A DNA stretch of 64,000 nt from an uncultured Gammaproteobacteria bacterium (GTDB lineage Bacteria; Patescibacteriota; Microgenomatia; UBA8517), in the NCBI GenBank assembly GCA_964599625.1, contig CAZRGC010000002.1:7883-71882 (forward strand), written 5' to 3'. The position numbers and the translations under genes were made by a program. The notes under the pieces are model-generated. The model was not told where the DNA came from, searched no databases, and saw only the letters and a program-made list of their open reading frames with translations. Each line of letters opens with the position of its first letter. The first letter of the stretch is position 1. Shown piece by piece: positions 36,932-46,879 of this stretch.

Positions 36932-38548
36932 CTATATAGGAATAGTAACATAAAAAGTAGTTTTTCCTTTGGTGCTCTCAAAATAAATTTTCCCAATGTG
37001 TGCCTCAACTATTAGTTTGGATAGATAAAGACCTAGCCCTGCACCTTCGCCATCTACAATCTTTGCGTTAGAAGCTCTGGAAAACTTTTGAAACAAAATG
37101 TTTTTTTCGCTTTCAGGAATCCCGATTCCAAAATCGGTCACTGAAATTTGCAGGTTATTTCTCAATTTCGTAGTCGTCACGTAAACACTGCCTTTTTCGT
37201 TAGAATATTTAAATGCGTTGTTTATCAGATTTACAAGGAGTTGTCTAAACAATTTTTCATCAACAAATATTTTTTTCGGTGTTGCCTTGGCTATGTTTAA
37301 TTTAATGGTTAACTTTTTTGCTCTAAAACCTGTTTTAACTTCGTCAACAACACTATTAATTAGCGTTGTTGTTGTGACGCTGGTTTTGTCGGGTTTGATT
37401 TTTCCTGATTCCAATTTTGCTATTTGAAGCAGGATTGAAACCAGACCTGTCATTCTCTGGGTTGAGGCAAGTGTGTCCATAAGCAAGTCTCTCTGTTTCC
37501 GGTTTAGTTTTCCGGAAGAACCGGAAAGTAGAATTTGCGTAAACCATTTAATTGAGGTTATTGGAGTCCTTAATTGGTGGCTCACCAAGGAAACGAAATC
37601 GTGTCTTAGTTTTTCGATCGATTCAAGTTCCTCAATTGACCTGGATATTAACCATCTGCCCACATAAAAACCCACTCCGATAGACGCAAGAACGATCAAA
37701 ACTGAAAAGGCAATCACCTTATTAAAATATTGCTGGGAGCTTTTGTATATATCGTTTTTGGATTTTCCAACAGCCAAGTAAATACCCGGATTGTTGGCGC
37801 CAATTTTTTTGTATGAGTATATTCTTTCAACACCGTCTATTCCCGAGGACTGAACTGTTCCAAAGTCTTTTGTTAAACTCTTTACAAGAGGGTCTCCAGA
37901 GAATTCTTTTCCGATACAGTCGCAATTTAGGTCTGGATTTCTGGCCAGGATCACACCTTTTCCATCCAGAACCAAGACAACTATATTTTCATCTATCTCA
38001 ATAGATGCGAGAAAATCGGACAACCATTCGAGGCTGAGGGTTGCATAAACAACACCATGGCTGTTCTCCATGGGGTAGCCGAAGTTTATACTGGATTCAT
38101 TTGTAGTCCTGCTAACAACGTATTCTCCAACTGAAAAGTTATTTGTTTTTAATGTCTCTTGAAAAAACAGTCTGTCTGATAAGTTTATATTTGTAATAGG
38201 TGTGACTGCAGAACAAATAACGTCACCCTTCAAATTTGAAACACCAAAATTACCATATCTTTGGTATTTTGTTAATAAGTTGGACAAATAATTGTTACAT
38301 ATACTCTTACCAGATTTAACTTCTGGAGTTGCAGAAAGAGTTACGAGTAATTGTCTTGCACCTTCAATTATTTGTGTATTCTCAGATGCTATGGACTTGG
38401 CGATGTTGTCTAGTTTTTCAATCTCCAAGTCTTTTGAAATTTTAAGTTGATTTAAATTTATTCCTGCGATAAGGATAAAAACTGGAGTAAGAGTTGCAAT
38501 AGTCAAAAAAAGCACCCTTGCTCTAACTCGGTTGTACGACTTATGCAT
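36932..38548 (-). CDS. Sensor histidine kinase with dCache domain
   Basis: VSHQLRTPI, NAFKYS, DFGIGI, GAGLGL; paralog of 32069..33697. Start set at MHKSY. Confidence 0.92.
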   Translation of the reverse strand: MHKSYNRVRARVLFLTIATLTPVFILIAGINLNQLKISKDLEIEKLDNIAKSIASENTQIIEGARQLLVTLSATPEVKSGKSICNNYLSNLLTKYQRYGNFGVSNLKGDVICSAVTPITNINLSDRLFFQETLKTNNFSVGEYVVSRTTNESSINFGYPMENSHGVVYATLSLEWLSDFLASIEIDENIVVLVLDGKGVILARNPDLNCDCIGKEFSGDPLVKSLTKDFGTVQSSGIDGVERIYSYKKIGANNPGIYLAVGKSKNDIYKSSQQYFNKVIAFSVLIVLASIGVGFYVGRWLISRSIEELESIEKLRHDFVSLVSHQLRTPITSIKWFTQILLSGSSGKLNRKQRDLLMDTLASTQRMTGLVSILLQIAKLESGKIKPDKTSVTTTTLINSVVDEVKTGFRAKKLTIKLNIAKATPKKIFVDEKLFRQLLVNLINNAFKYSNEKGSVYVTTTKLRNNLQISVTDFGIGIPESEKNILFQKFSRASNAKIVDGEGAGLGLYLSKLIVEAHIGKIYFESTKGKTTFYVTIPI

Positions 38549-41500
38549 TTGTATCTTCGTCAAGTGAAATCGTAACTGAGAATCCTGCATTTGTGATTGT
38601 TCCAGTAGTGGACGTAGGAACGTACTTTGTCTCGCCTGGCGAGGATTTTCTGACCCTTATATATATAGGTGTATCAGTTATGTAGTTAAAACTCTCGACA
38701 GCAACACCGTTTGTTGCAGTGCCGGTTCCGGACCCTGCGCCTGTTGCTGTAAAAATCACTCCTATGGTGTTACTGGCAGCTCCTATTGCAGTAAAGTCTG
38801 TAGATCCGACAGACACAATTCTATATTTTACACTTGTTACAAAGGAGCCTGCAGTCACAGTTTCTGTATCTTCGTTCATAATTTGTGAATCATCGCTTGT
38901 TTTGTAAACTGCAACTTGTGCAAGATTGATTGGCCCGTTGTCGGCTTTATCCAAAACTGTGATTGTGAGGTTGACGGCGTTATTGACGGTTGTTGATGAT
39001 CCGTCGGAATTTCGGATGGATGGGGTGCTTCCACCGTTTGTTACATTAATTGTTACAGCTCCGCCTGAGTTGTTGTAAATTGCCGCAGCGGCGGAATATA
39101 TGTATTGGGTTCCTGAACCTGTAGCTGTTATGTCAGCCCTTCCGGTTGCCCCTCCCGCAATTGCGTGGTCAGAGGTGTCGTAAAGTGTAATAGTGGTGGA
39201 TGACTCGCTTCTTACATAATACAAGTTGCCATCTGTAAGGCCTGTTGGAGCCGTGCCGCCTTGGTCTTGGAAATAGGCAGGTTCACCATTATTGTATCCA
39301 TGAGCGGCGTCCAGTGTAATTACATCTGTTCCTGTGTTAACTCCTGTTGAGGCGTTGAAACTTCTTGCAGCCGGGCCATATCCTGTAAAAGAATTGCCGG
39401 AAAAACTGACTGTTCCGGTTGAGGTAAGCCTGACGGCATGACCCGAGGTGGTTGACCCTATAAAATTACAACCGGAAAACATATCCAGATCAGCTGTTGC
39501 AACAGACGCCCAGCGGTTACCTGCTGTAACTGTTGTTGTGGTTATGTCTGTGTTTGAAATCACAGTTGTACTTGAGGTTGTAACGGAATCATTGGTTGAT
39601 GGCATGTTAAGGATGTATCCATAGTCATAAGTCAGCCCGCTGACATCAAGGGTAGAATAGTCGTTGACTGTTAGTCCGGTAACTGTAATCGCTTTATTTA
39701 AAGTTACTGTTCCGGCTCCAATAACGGACAAACCTGAAAAGTCATACGTCGCAGAAGTTGAGGCCGATGCGTGCAGACCCCATTTGTATCGGGAGGGTGA
39801 AGAAACGACGCTATTGGTATGCGATATAACATCGCTTGCCCCCGGATAGTACGTAATCCCTGCAAAGTTATCAATACTGTTGTAATAAACTTCCTTTTGT
39901 GCCTTGTTGTATTTTCTGGGGAACTCAATGGCTGTTGCATCAAGACCTAAATAAATTGGACTGGTTCCACCGTCCCCGAACTGAATCGGACCAAGGACAA
40001 GCATTTGACTGGTTCCCTGGCTGATTGCGCTTCTCCTTTCGTGTCCTGTTGCATACGCTCCAACTGTGCCAATGATATTTAGAGGTTCGGCGCTACTTCC
40101 ACCAGAAATTACACAAGTATCCATTGCCCAAACCGACCCGCCGTTCCAGTCCGGGGAAACATTTTTGCCGGAAATCATAAACCCGATTTCTGTAATGCTT
40201 CCAGTATTTAAAGATCCTGTGGTTTGAATAACGCCGTCTGTAGCATCTGTGTTTATAACAACGGGCTGATGAAACTGTGTACCCCAAGATGTTCCGGCTC
40301 CTGCCACATGCCAAACTTTGAAGTTGCTGGTGGTCGAAGCAAGCCCAATTGCAACTCCAATTGTTCCGGTCAAAGCAACAGAATCGGTGGTCTGAATTTC
40401 CACGGGAACTAACGGGTTTACATGGAAAAGAATGTTTTTACTTGCAAGTGTGGTTCTTGCGACAATTGTAGTTCTTGTTCCGGCCCAGCTACCTGCTGTT
40501 GCAATTCCGGAACAGCGGCTCATAGCGTGATAAGAGTTGAGACCGTAGTCTGCAGTTGTCACTGTTGTTCCGCCTGTTGCCAAAGTTTTGCCATTTATGG
40601 TTCCTGTAAATGGCGTAGTGATTGTATTAGTGGTTGCAGAGTCACCGTTATACGCAGCTCCTGTATAGGGGGTAACATAAACAGAGGAATCGGAAGCTGT
40701 ATATCCTGGAATAACTGGTGTGCCGACTCCTTTTGATCTTATGGCCCAAACAGCCAGACGGGTTGCCGCGGCAGAAATGGTTGAATATCCAACTGTGGCG
40801 GTGGTTCCTGCTGTTGCCTGCCAGCCCCACGAACAAGCATCAGAATGTGCCGAACCGTCTTTTCCAAATATCAGTTGGCATGCCCCCTCAATAATACTGG
40901 GTACCCCGGCGGTTGAATTTGCTGCACCCCACATAACTAGACAGTTATTAACATCGGTGGACATTGTTGGAAGGTTTGCCTTAGCAGATGAAGTTGTTGA
41001 CACTGCAAAACCAGTGGTGTTTCCAAAGAGCCAATTTGTAACACGTTCATTTCCGTTGCCAGTTTCGTTTACAAGCCCTGATGTGTCTGTAACTGTAATA
41101 ACAGTTGAGGTAACACTTTGAATTATTTTATATGTGTTATTTCCGCCGTTTGTAAAACCAGTAGTTTTAATAGCCATTCCTGCAGTAAATCCGTCAGTTA
41201 GAAAGTCACCCGTTGTTCGTGTAAATGTTCCACTTGAAGCTACGACATCTATTTGGACTGCGTTATATGTTTTTGTATCACACCATGGATCCACATCTCT
41301 AACCGATATGATTGACCCATTTGCTGTTTCAGCGATGGAATATGTAAAGGTGGTGTCTACTTCACTTGCTGTAGCGGTTTTATATAAAACTGCCAAATTA
41401 GAAGTATTTGATGATGAAAATAGCTGCTGCCAGCCTGATTGCAGAAATACCTGAGTACCAACAGGGCGGGTGGTTATAGACGTAAACGCGCTAACACGCC

Positions 41501-42017
41501 CTCTGATATAGTAGGCAGAAACGGAGTTGACAGTGGTTGAAGCCCAATTTGTTGGCATTGTATATGTCACTGCAACCGGAATAGTAACTGCCGCCTTGAA
41601 ACCTGTAGTTCCATCGGAAACCCCGGATAGGGCAGTCCAGCTTCCTCCGTTCCAATATTCCCAGGTTATTGTCCACGTACCTGCTCCTTGTGTACTAAAT
41701 TGAAACCATGCAGCAGTAAATGGAGTAGAACCACCTACATAAAAAGCATCATTAACTGCCGGAGCTACTGGGATAAAAAAGGTGTCTGCTGTTGTAGTGT
41801 TATTTGATTCTGTGGTGTAGTTCGTAAAAGCACCACCGTCGTCGTATTGGGCTGATGTATTTGGGTCAAGTCCAGTCCAAGCCTGAGTAGTTCCCGTGTC
41901 TGCAGACATTACAGCAATCAAAAGATCTCCCTGTTCGTAAGCTGGAATCGGAACCTCCAGATGTCGTAGTGATGTTGTTGTGTTGTAAGCTTGGGAAAAG
42001 TCTCGAATTGCGGGCAT
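38541..42017 (-). CDS. Tail-fibre/adhesin-like paralog 3 (1158 aa, with inserted modules)
   Basis: Same C-terminal domain (FNYITDTPIYIRVRKSSPGETKY) plus insertions such as WEYWNGGSWTALSGVSDGTTGF, DAAHGYNNGEP and AGSFV...TDFTAIGAASN. Confidence 0.7.
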   Translation of the reverse strand: MPAIRDFSQAYNTTTSLRHLEVPIPAYEQGDLLIAVMSADTGTTQAWTGLDPNTSAQYDDGGAFTNYTTESNNTTTADTFFIPVAPAVNDAFYVGGSTPFTAAWFQFSTQGAGTWTITWEYWNGGSWTALSGVSDGTTGFKAAVTIPVAVTYTMPTNWASTTVNSVSAYYIRGRVSAFTSITTRPVGTQVFLQSGWQQLFSSSNTSNLAVLYKTATASEVDTTFTYSIAETANGSIISVRDVDPWCDTKTYNAVQIDVVASSGTFTRTTGDFLTDGFTAGMAIKTTGFTNGGNNTYKIIQSVTSTVITVTDTSGLVNETGNGNERVTNWLFGNTTGFAVSTTSSAKANLPTMSTDVNNCLVMWGAANSTAGVPSIIEGACQLIFGKDGSAHSDACSWGWQATAGTTATVGYSTISAAATRLAVWAIRSKGVGTPVIPGYTASDSSVYVTPYTGAAYNGDSATTNTITTPFTGTINGKTLATGGTTVTTADYGLNSYHAMSRCSGIATAGSWAGTRTTIVARTTLASKNILFHVNPLVPVEIQTTDSVALTGTIGVAIGLASTTSNFKVWHVAGAGTSWGTQFHQPVVINTDATDGVIQTTGSLNTGSITEIGFMISGKNVSPDWNGGSVWAMDTCVISGGSSAEPLNIIGTVGAYATGHERRSAISQGTSQMLVLGPIQFGDGGTSPIYLGLDATAIEFPRKYNKAQKEVYYNSIDNFAGITYYPGASDVISHTNSVVSSPSRYKWGLHASASTSATYDFSGLSVIGAGTVTLNKAITVTGLTVNDYSTLDVSGLTYDYGYILNMPSTNDSVTTSSTTVISNTDITTTTVTAGNRWASVATADLDMFSGCNFIGSTTSGHAVRLTSTGTVSFSGNSFTGYGPAARSFNASTGVNTGTDVITLDAAHGYNNGEPAYFQDQGGTAPTGLTDGNLYYVRSESSTTITLYDTSDHAIAGGATGRADITATGSGTQYIYSAAAAIYNNSGGAVTINVTNGGSTPSIRNSDGSSTTVNNAVNLTITVLDKADNGPINLAQVAVYKTSDDSQIMNEDTETVTAGSFVTSVKYRIVSVGSTDFTAIGAASNTIGVIFTATGAGSGTGTATNGVAVESFNYITDTPIYIRVRKSSPGETKYVPTSTTGTITNAGFSVTISLDEDTNA

Positions 42018-42019
42018 AT

Positions 42020-42535
42020 TTATTTATTAAACGTCCAGATATGTTCTGTTTCTACTTTGTAGTCCAATTTTAGTTTTCTCAATGCTGAAACAACCTCGTC
42101 TAGATTCGAATCATGTCCACAAATTAGTTTTTTACACTTTGGCATCTAACTTTTTATGTCATTAAAAACACCTTCAAAAGTATGATCCCCATCGATAAAC
42201 ACCATATCAATAGATTTAGCTTTAAAAAAACTGCTTGCCTTTTTGCTGTCGGTTCGCATGGTTACCAAATTTTTAAAGTGACCAACATTTTTATAAAAGT
42301 TTTTATATATGTCATGGTTTTTAGCTTCTTTATGTGTAGTATCCCTCTCATCAACACTTCCCTGAAAATGATCAATTGCAAATACAACACCTCTGCAACC
42401 AGTCAAGAGTGCATGCGTACTTTTACCTTTCCATGAACCTATTTCAACAATTGAGTCCATTTGCCTTGCTTTTTCGTACAACCAATCAAGTTCGTTGTCA
42501 TTCATCCATCCGTCAATATTGTTGCCCTTATACAT
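42020..42535 (-). pseudogene. Class I SAM methyltransferase (Methyltransf_24-like) interrupted by an in-frame TAG
   Basis: VEIGSWKGKST and FIDGDH motifs. TAG at 42148-42146 (DIKS*MPKCKKLICGHD); frame continues to TAA at 42022-42020. Confidence 0.75.
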
Positions 42536-42536
42536 A

Positions 42537-43178
42537 TTAATAGAATGCTACTCCAATATGTTTCACTTGGATTGTGGGATCACACCAGACAGAAATACCG
42601 TGTTTTCTTGCAAGTTCACAAAACCAAACATCTTCACCAGTCATTCCTTCCGGGTCGCTACTTGGCCTAAAGAAAAACCAAGGTCTGGGTAGTTTTTCAA
42701 AAACTTCCATTTTAACTAACATGAATCCTGTTCCAACGGCCCTGCATTCAAATGGTTTTTGAGGATTGTCTATTGTGGCCAGGCGTTTATTTTTGTCATT
42801 TGGATCAACTGTGAAGGTTATGTCGTCAGTCTTTAATTTTTTTGGGTCAAGAAGAGTGACAGACTTTGGGGGATTTTCGCGGTAGTGATAGTCTGCCCCC
42901 ACTATTGGTTTGTCATCTTCCAACAGCTTTTCAATTCCGTTAGCAGGGAAGGCCATGTCGCTGTCTATAAACATCACATAGTCAGATTTCTCTTTTTGCG
43001 CATCAAGCACAATTTGCTCGCGATTTTCGTGAATATAGCAGCTTGTTGGGTGAGACAAGTGAAACATCACCCCTCGTGTGCTTGCAACTGCCACTGTGAT
43101 AGATAAGGACGTGTCGATTTTGATTGTTCCGTTTGAAGGAATGCCCACGGTAACTTTTTTAATAAGAGCATTGTTCAT
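42537..43178 (-). CDS. GT-A fold (GT2-like) glycosyltransferase of the short type common in phages
   Basis: MFIDSDM (DxD), VGTGFMLVK, GEDVWFC, CDPTIQVKH. Confidence 0.8.
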   Translation of the reverse strand: MNNALIKKVTVGIPSNGTIKIDTSLSITVAVASTRGVMFHLSHPTSCYIHENREQIVLDAQKEKSDYVMFIDSDMAFPANGIEKLLEDDKPIVGADYHYRENPPKSVTLLDPKKLKTDDITFTVDPNDKNKRLATIDNPQKPFECRAVGTGFMLVKMEVFEKLPRPWFFFRPSSDPEGMTGEDVWFCELARKHGISVWCDPTIQVKHIGVAFY

Positions 43179-43371
43179 ACTTATGATGATATCAAATATA
43201 TTTTATTTGGGAACACAAAAAGCACTGATTTGGGAATTTTTATAAGCAAATTTATCATGGATGGAATAAGTGGCAAAATTTGGCTGGAAAAGTCGACGTT
43301 GGGTTAAGGTTCTTTTTTGCATTTAGCCTGCCACTTGCAAAAAGATAGGTCTCTCATGATAATGTACACAA

Positions 43372-43764
43372 ATGGCTAAAATTCTAATCGTCGAAGACGA
43401 CCCCCTCATGAGCCGTATGTATCAGAAAATTTTTAAATTCGAGGGTTATGATGTGGCAATGGCCGGGGACGGTGAGCAGGGACTAGAAGCCGCCAAAAAA
43501 GAAAAACCAACATTGATTCTTTTGGACGTTATGATGCCTAAAATGAATGGACTTCAGCTTTTGGAAAAACTTAAGTTGGATCCCGACACAAAGTCGATAC
43601 CTGTGGTGATGCTTACCAATCTCGCCGGAGAAAAGGATGCGGAGGTGGCACTCACAAAAGGGGCAGTTAAATATATTGTTAAGTCGGAATATGAGCCAAA
43701 GCAGATAACAGATATGGTAAAAAGCATTTTGGCAGGTTACACTCGGGACGAGCTTCCCAAATAG
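43372..43764 (+). CDS. Stand-alone response regulator receiver
   Basis: IVEDD, LDVMMP, MLTN, YIVK. Confidence 0.93.
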   Translation: MAKILIVEDDPLMSRMYQKIFKFEGYDVAMAGDGEQGLEAAKKEKPTLILLDVMMPKMNGLQLLEKLKLDPDTKSIPVVMLTNLAGEKDAEVALTKGAVKYIVKSEYEPKQITDMVKSILAGYTRDELPK

Positions 43765-43778
43765 TGTAGAATAGCGTT

Positions 43779-44168
43779 ATGTATAATCACGTACTTTATT
43801 TTGGATACTGGTTGGCAACATCAGTATCACTTTATGTTTTTTATTCAATCTTTCCTGATAGTGTGGTACTTGGAAACTGGAGATTTGGAATGGTTGAATC
43901 GGCTTTTTATGCCGGTTTTTGGGTCACGTTTTTTATATGGTGTTTTTGGGACTTTGCTATTGCAAAAGGACTGCAATTTGAAACACCATTGGTTTCTTTG
44001 GGCTACTTTTGGTCTGTGAATTTGTTCTCTGTTTGGCTTGTTGCCAGATTTTCTCAATATTCTGGATTGGGAATATCAGACCACATTTGGGCGGTAGTTG
44101 TTGGTTTGGGTGCCCATTCACTCCAAAGGTTGGTAAGAAAAATTGTAGTTTCCCGTTCAAAAGATTAA
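43779..44168 (+). CDS. Four-TM membrane protein
   Basis: Hydrophobic ORF; TAGAAT 6 nt before the ATG. Confidence 0.7.
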   Translation: MYNHVLYFGYWLATSVSLYVFYSIFPDSVVLGNWRFGMVESAFYAGFWVTFFIWCFWDFAIAKGLQFETPLVSLGYFWSVNLFSVWLVARFSQYSGLGISDHIWAVVVGLGAHSLQRLVRKIVVSRSKD

Positions 44169-44668
44169 TCGGGATCAAGAACTGATCTGTCTTCGCCGCT
44201 TTCGCTATCTGAACCACTTGAATCATCTATTGTTTCTTTCTGCCCGCCTCCGTTAAAAAGTGACCAAATTCCTTTAAGAGCAAAACCAATAACTCCCAGA
44301 ATCAAAAGAACGCTTCCGTAAGCAATTGAAAGTGTCCACTGGATCGTTGTCATCTTGAATCCATTTGCAAGTTGTTGAATAGAATAGAACTCGGCCAAAA
44401 GACCGATAAAAACTATTATTGCAATTTTTGCAAAGTATTTTCCTTCAATTAAACCAACAATTATCATTACGGATATAAATAATGCAACACTTCGTATTAC
44501 AATAGCCGCGGCAGTGAATGGATATAAATTTAAAAGCACTGGAGACGTTAGAAAGGCCACAGGATTGCCAACTGTTATTGAAACGGGTCCAGCAAGCTTA
44601 TCAATGAGATATGCCAGTAAAAAGGCTACTACAGCGACTCCAAGCCACACCTCTTTAGAAATTTTCAT
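44165..44668 (-). CDS. Membrane protein with acidic tail
   Basis: Four TM helices followed by a D/S/E-rich C-terminus. Confidence 0.7.
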   Translation of the reverse strand: MKISKEVWLGVAVVAFLLAYLIDKLAGPVSITVGNPVAFLTSPVLLNLYPFTAAAIVIRSVALFISVMIIVGLIEGKYFAKIAIIVFIGLLAEFYSIQQLANGFKMTTIQWTLSIAYGSVLLILGVIGFALKGIWSLFNGGGQKETIDDSSGSDSESGEDRSVLDPD

Positions 44669-44679
44669 GCAAATAGTTT

Positions 44680-45669
44680 TTACACGCTTGGGTGGTTTTG
44701 GTCAAGTGGGAACGGATCATCTTTTACAAACTTTATCCAGTCATAATATGTAATCACAAGTGTTATAAAAAGCGTAAGTGATATAAATACAACGTTTACT
44801 AACATCATTTCATACAAATCTTTAAAAAGCTTGTTTTGGGGAATTCCAATTATTGCATAAAAGTCGCCATCTCCAGATGACTCCTGGATTTTTGAATAGA
44901 AAAATCGACGTTCTTTACCATCAAAACCTTTCTCCACAAAATTGCCAGCATAACCGCCGGAAAGTACCCTTTTGACAAGTTCTGTTTGGCTTTGGTCAGT
45001 TCCAAAGTAAGCTTCTGTTTCTGGATATCTCGACAAAACTGTTCCATGCCTGTCAATTACATCAATAACCGAACCTTTAGGGAAGTCGTATGGTGTTGTT
45101 ACCTCTTGCAACCATTCTAAATTGAGACTGGTAATAATGACTGCACTTGTGGTTGAATCACTAACAATTGGATAAACAAACGGAACAATTGGACGTTGGG
45201 TTACCCTTCCTACCCGGAATTCACCGACAGTAAACTCCATTTTTCTTACTGCCTTTTTGTAGTAGTCTAAATCTGAAACATTTACCGAAACACCTTCCGG
45301 ACTAGAACTACAAAAAACATCACCGTTTTTATCCACTATGTTAAAACTTGTGTATTGGTTTCCGAATTCTGCGTGTATTTCTGCCATTTCTTTATTGCAA
45401 AGATCAACTTCGGATGGGTTTATGTGATCTAGAGAAGATATAGTTTTAAGAATTGCCTTGGTGGTTCTAATCTTTTCTCTATATGTTTGCGAAACTGTTT
45501 CTAATATAAAATTAACGTCATTTTGCGTTTCTACAAAACCAATGTGGTTAAGTCTTATATATGAGTAAGTTGTCAGCAAAAACATAGGAATCAATGAGTG
45601 CACGACTATAAAAAAAATCTTGAACTTAAGACTCCTGTGATTGTGTTTGGGTTTTGGAATATTTTTCAT
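44680..45669 (-). CDS. dCache sensor membrane protein lacking a kinase domain
   Basis: Cache segment similar to the two kinases (GDVFCSS, FTVGEF, SLNLEWL, GFDG.ER); ends soon after TM2. Confidence 0.8.
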   Translation of the reverse strand: MKNIPKPKHNHRSLKFKIFFIVVHSLIPMFLLTTYSYIRLNHIGFVETQNDVNFILETVSQTYREKIRTTKAILKTISSLDHINPSEVDLCNKEMAEIHAEFGNQYTSFNIVDKNGDVFCSSSPEGVSVNVSDLDYYKKAVRKMEFTVGEFRVGRVTQRPIVPFVYPIVSDSTTSAVIITSLNLEWLQEVTTPYDFPKGSVIDVIDRHGTVLSRYPETEAYFGTDQSQTELVKRVLSGGYAGNFVEKGFDGKERRFFYSKIQESSGDGDFYAIIGIPQNKLFKDLYEMMLVNVVFISLTLFITLVITYYDWIKFVKDDPFPLDQNHPSV

Positions 45670-45672
45670 AAC

Positions 45673-46293
45673 TTAAAAAACGTTATCATAATAATCATAT
45701 GTCAGACTCGCTCTGTTGGTCCAGTTTGTGGTAAATGACGAAGTTCCTTTTACGTACCGATAACTTGAGCCGTCGTCTCTCAGGATAAACCAGTTTCCTG
45801 ATTTATTGATATAACCTGCGTATGTATATGTCAGGCCATCATCAAGTTCCGCTATTTTGTATCCATCAGTGGGGTGCTTTTCTGCTGGGTCTATTTTGTT
45901 GCCAGATGAGTCTTTCAAAGAAACAGTTCCTGGTCCTGGTACACTTCCAAAGAACGCAGCCTCAGCTCTTTTAGTGAACAGAGAGAATATAAAAAGCGAT
46001 AAACCTGCTGTCCCAATGAGTTTCAGAAATGCGCGTCTGTCTACGTCTACTCCTGCTTTTTTCAGTTTTTCATTTTCCGGGGACAAATCTTTTTCAAGGA
46101 TGACTACCTTGCTTTCTTCTAGAGGGCGTATTGCCCTGTTTCTTCGTGGATAAATTTTGGCCATAAAATACGCCATTAATGGGAAAAAGGCGATAGCCAC
46201 CAATAGCTGCGTGTAGTTGGTTGCTGTTAAAAACCCTGCAACAACTATAAATGCAACAACAATAAAGTTGTAATACAACAAAAACTTATTCAT
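45673..46293 (-). CDS. Two-TM protein with internal twin-arginine signal and C-terminal phage-like domain
   Basis: DRRAFLK (46041-46021) + hydrophobic stretch + AEA; C-terminal YAGY...GNWFILR...WTNRASLTY. Confidence 0.8.
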   Translation of the reverse strand: MNKFLLYYNFIVVAFIVVAGFLTATNYTQLLVAIAFFPLMAYFMAKIYPRRNRAIRPLEESKVVILEKDLSPENEKLKKAGVDVDRRAFLKLIGTAGLSLFIFSLFTKRAEAAFFGSVPGPGTVSLKDSSGNKIDPAEKHPTDGYKIAELDDGLTYTYAGYINKSGNWFILRDDGSSYRYVKGTSSFTTNWTNRASLTYDYYDNVF

Positions 46294-46876
46294 TTTGTGT
46301 TTCCTCTACATATTTAAATGATATATATCCAACCTTTCCTTCCTCCAAAATTATTTCATACCATTCTCCTTTTTTCTCGGTGTATTCGTAGGCCTTGCCA
46401 TTGTCTGCCGTACCTACTTTGTCCGAATAAAGACTGGGGCTACTTCTTATATTCACAGACTCCGACCCGTCTGTGATTTTTATGGTTAACATATGTCTTG
46501 TTTTGGGCTCTGGTGTAGATTTTTTAGGTATGACAAGTTGTGGTTGGTTTGAAATGCTAAACGATTTCTCAGTTTCTGGTTTTTGGGTTAGGATATTTTT
46601 TACCGAGACCCCTGCCAAAATTACAAAAATAATTGTCAAAAAAATTGTTTCGGGGGTGCCAATTTTTACATACAAATCCGATTCTTGGCCACTACCTTTG
46701 GCCCTTGTTCGGAGGTGTTTAAAGAATTCAACAATAAAGTATCCTACTACAGGAAGAAAAAGTGTCACAAATACAACAGGTGCTCCGGTTTGCGAGGTTA
46801 AAACAGTGCTTATAGCTATAAATAATGAAACTGCCGCAGAATAGTAAAAGAGTATTTTTGGTAAGGCAGTTTTCAT
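46286..46876 (-). CDS. Three-TM protein with C-terminal SH3b domain
   Basis: VNIRSSPS...WYEI...GYISFKYV. Confidence 0.8.
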   Translation of the reverse strand: MKTALPKILFYYSAAVSLFIAISTVLTSQTGAPVVFVTLFLPVVGYFIVEFFKHLRTRAKGSGQESDLYVKIGTPETIFLTIIFVILAGVSVKNILTQKPETEKSFSISNQPQLVIPKKSTPEPKTRHMLTIKITDGSESVNIRSSPSLYSDKVGTADNGKAYEYTEKKGEWYEIILEEGKVGYISFKYVEETQNE

Positions 46877-46879
46877 ACT

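Noticed and set aside
42146-42148. Stop-codon reassignment (TAG or TGA read as sense)
   Set aside because: TAG and TGA end many intact genes here (e.g. tatA at 18389, radA at 2815); this is a single isolated case.
23300-43178. Intact prophage
   Set aside because: No recognisable terminase, portal, capsid, tape measure, integrase, replication or lysis genes; the phage-like genes are interleaved with cellular two-component genes.
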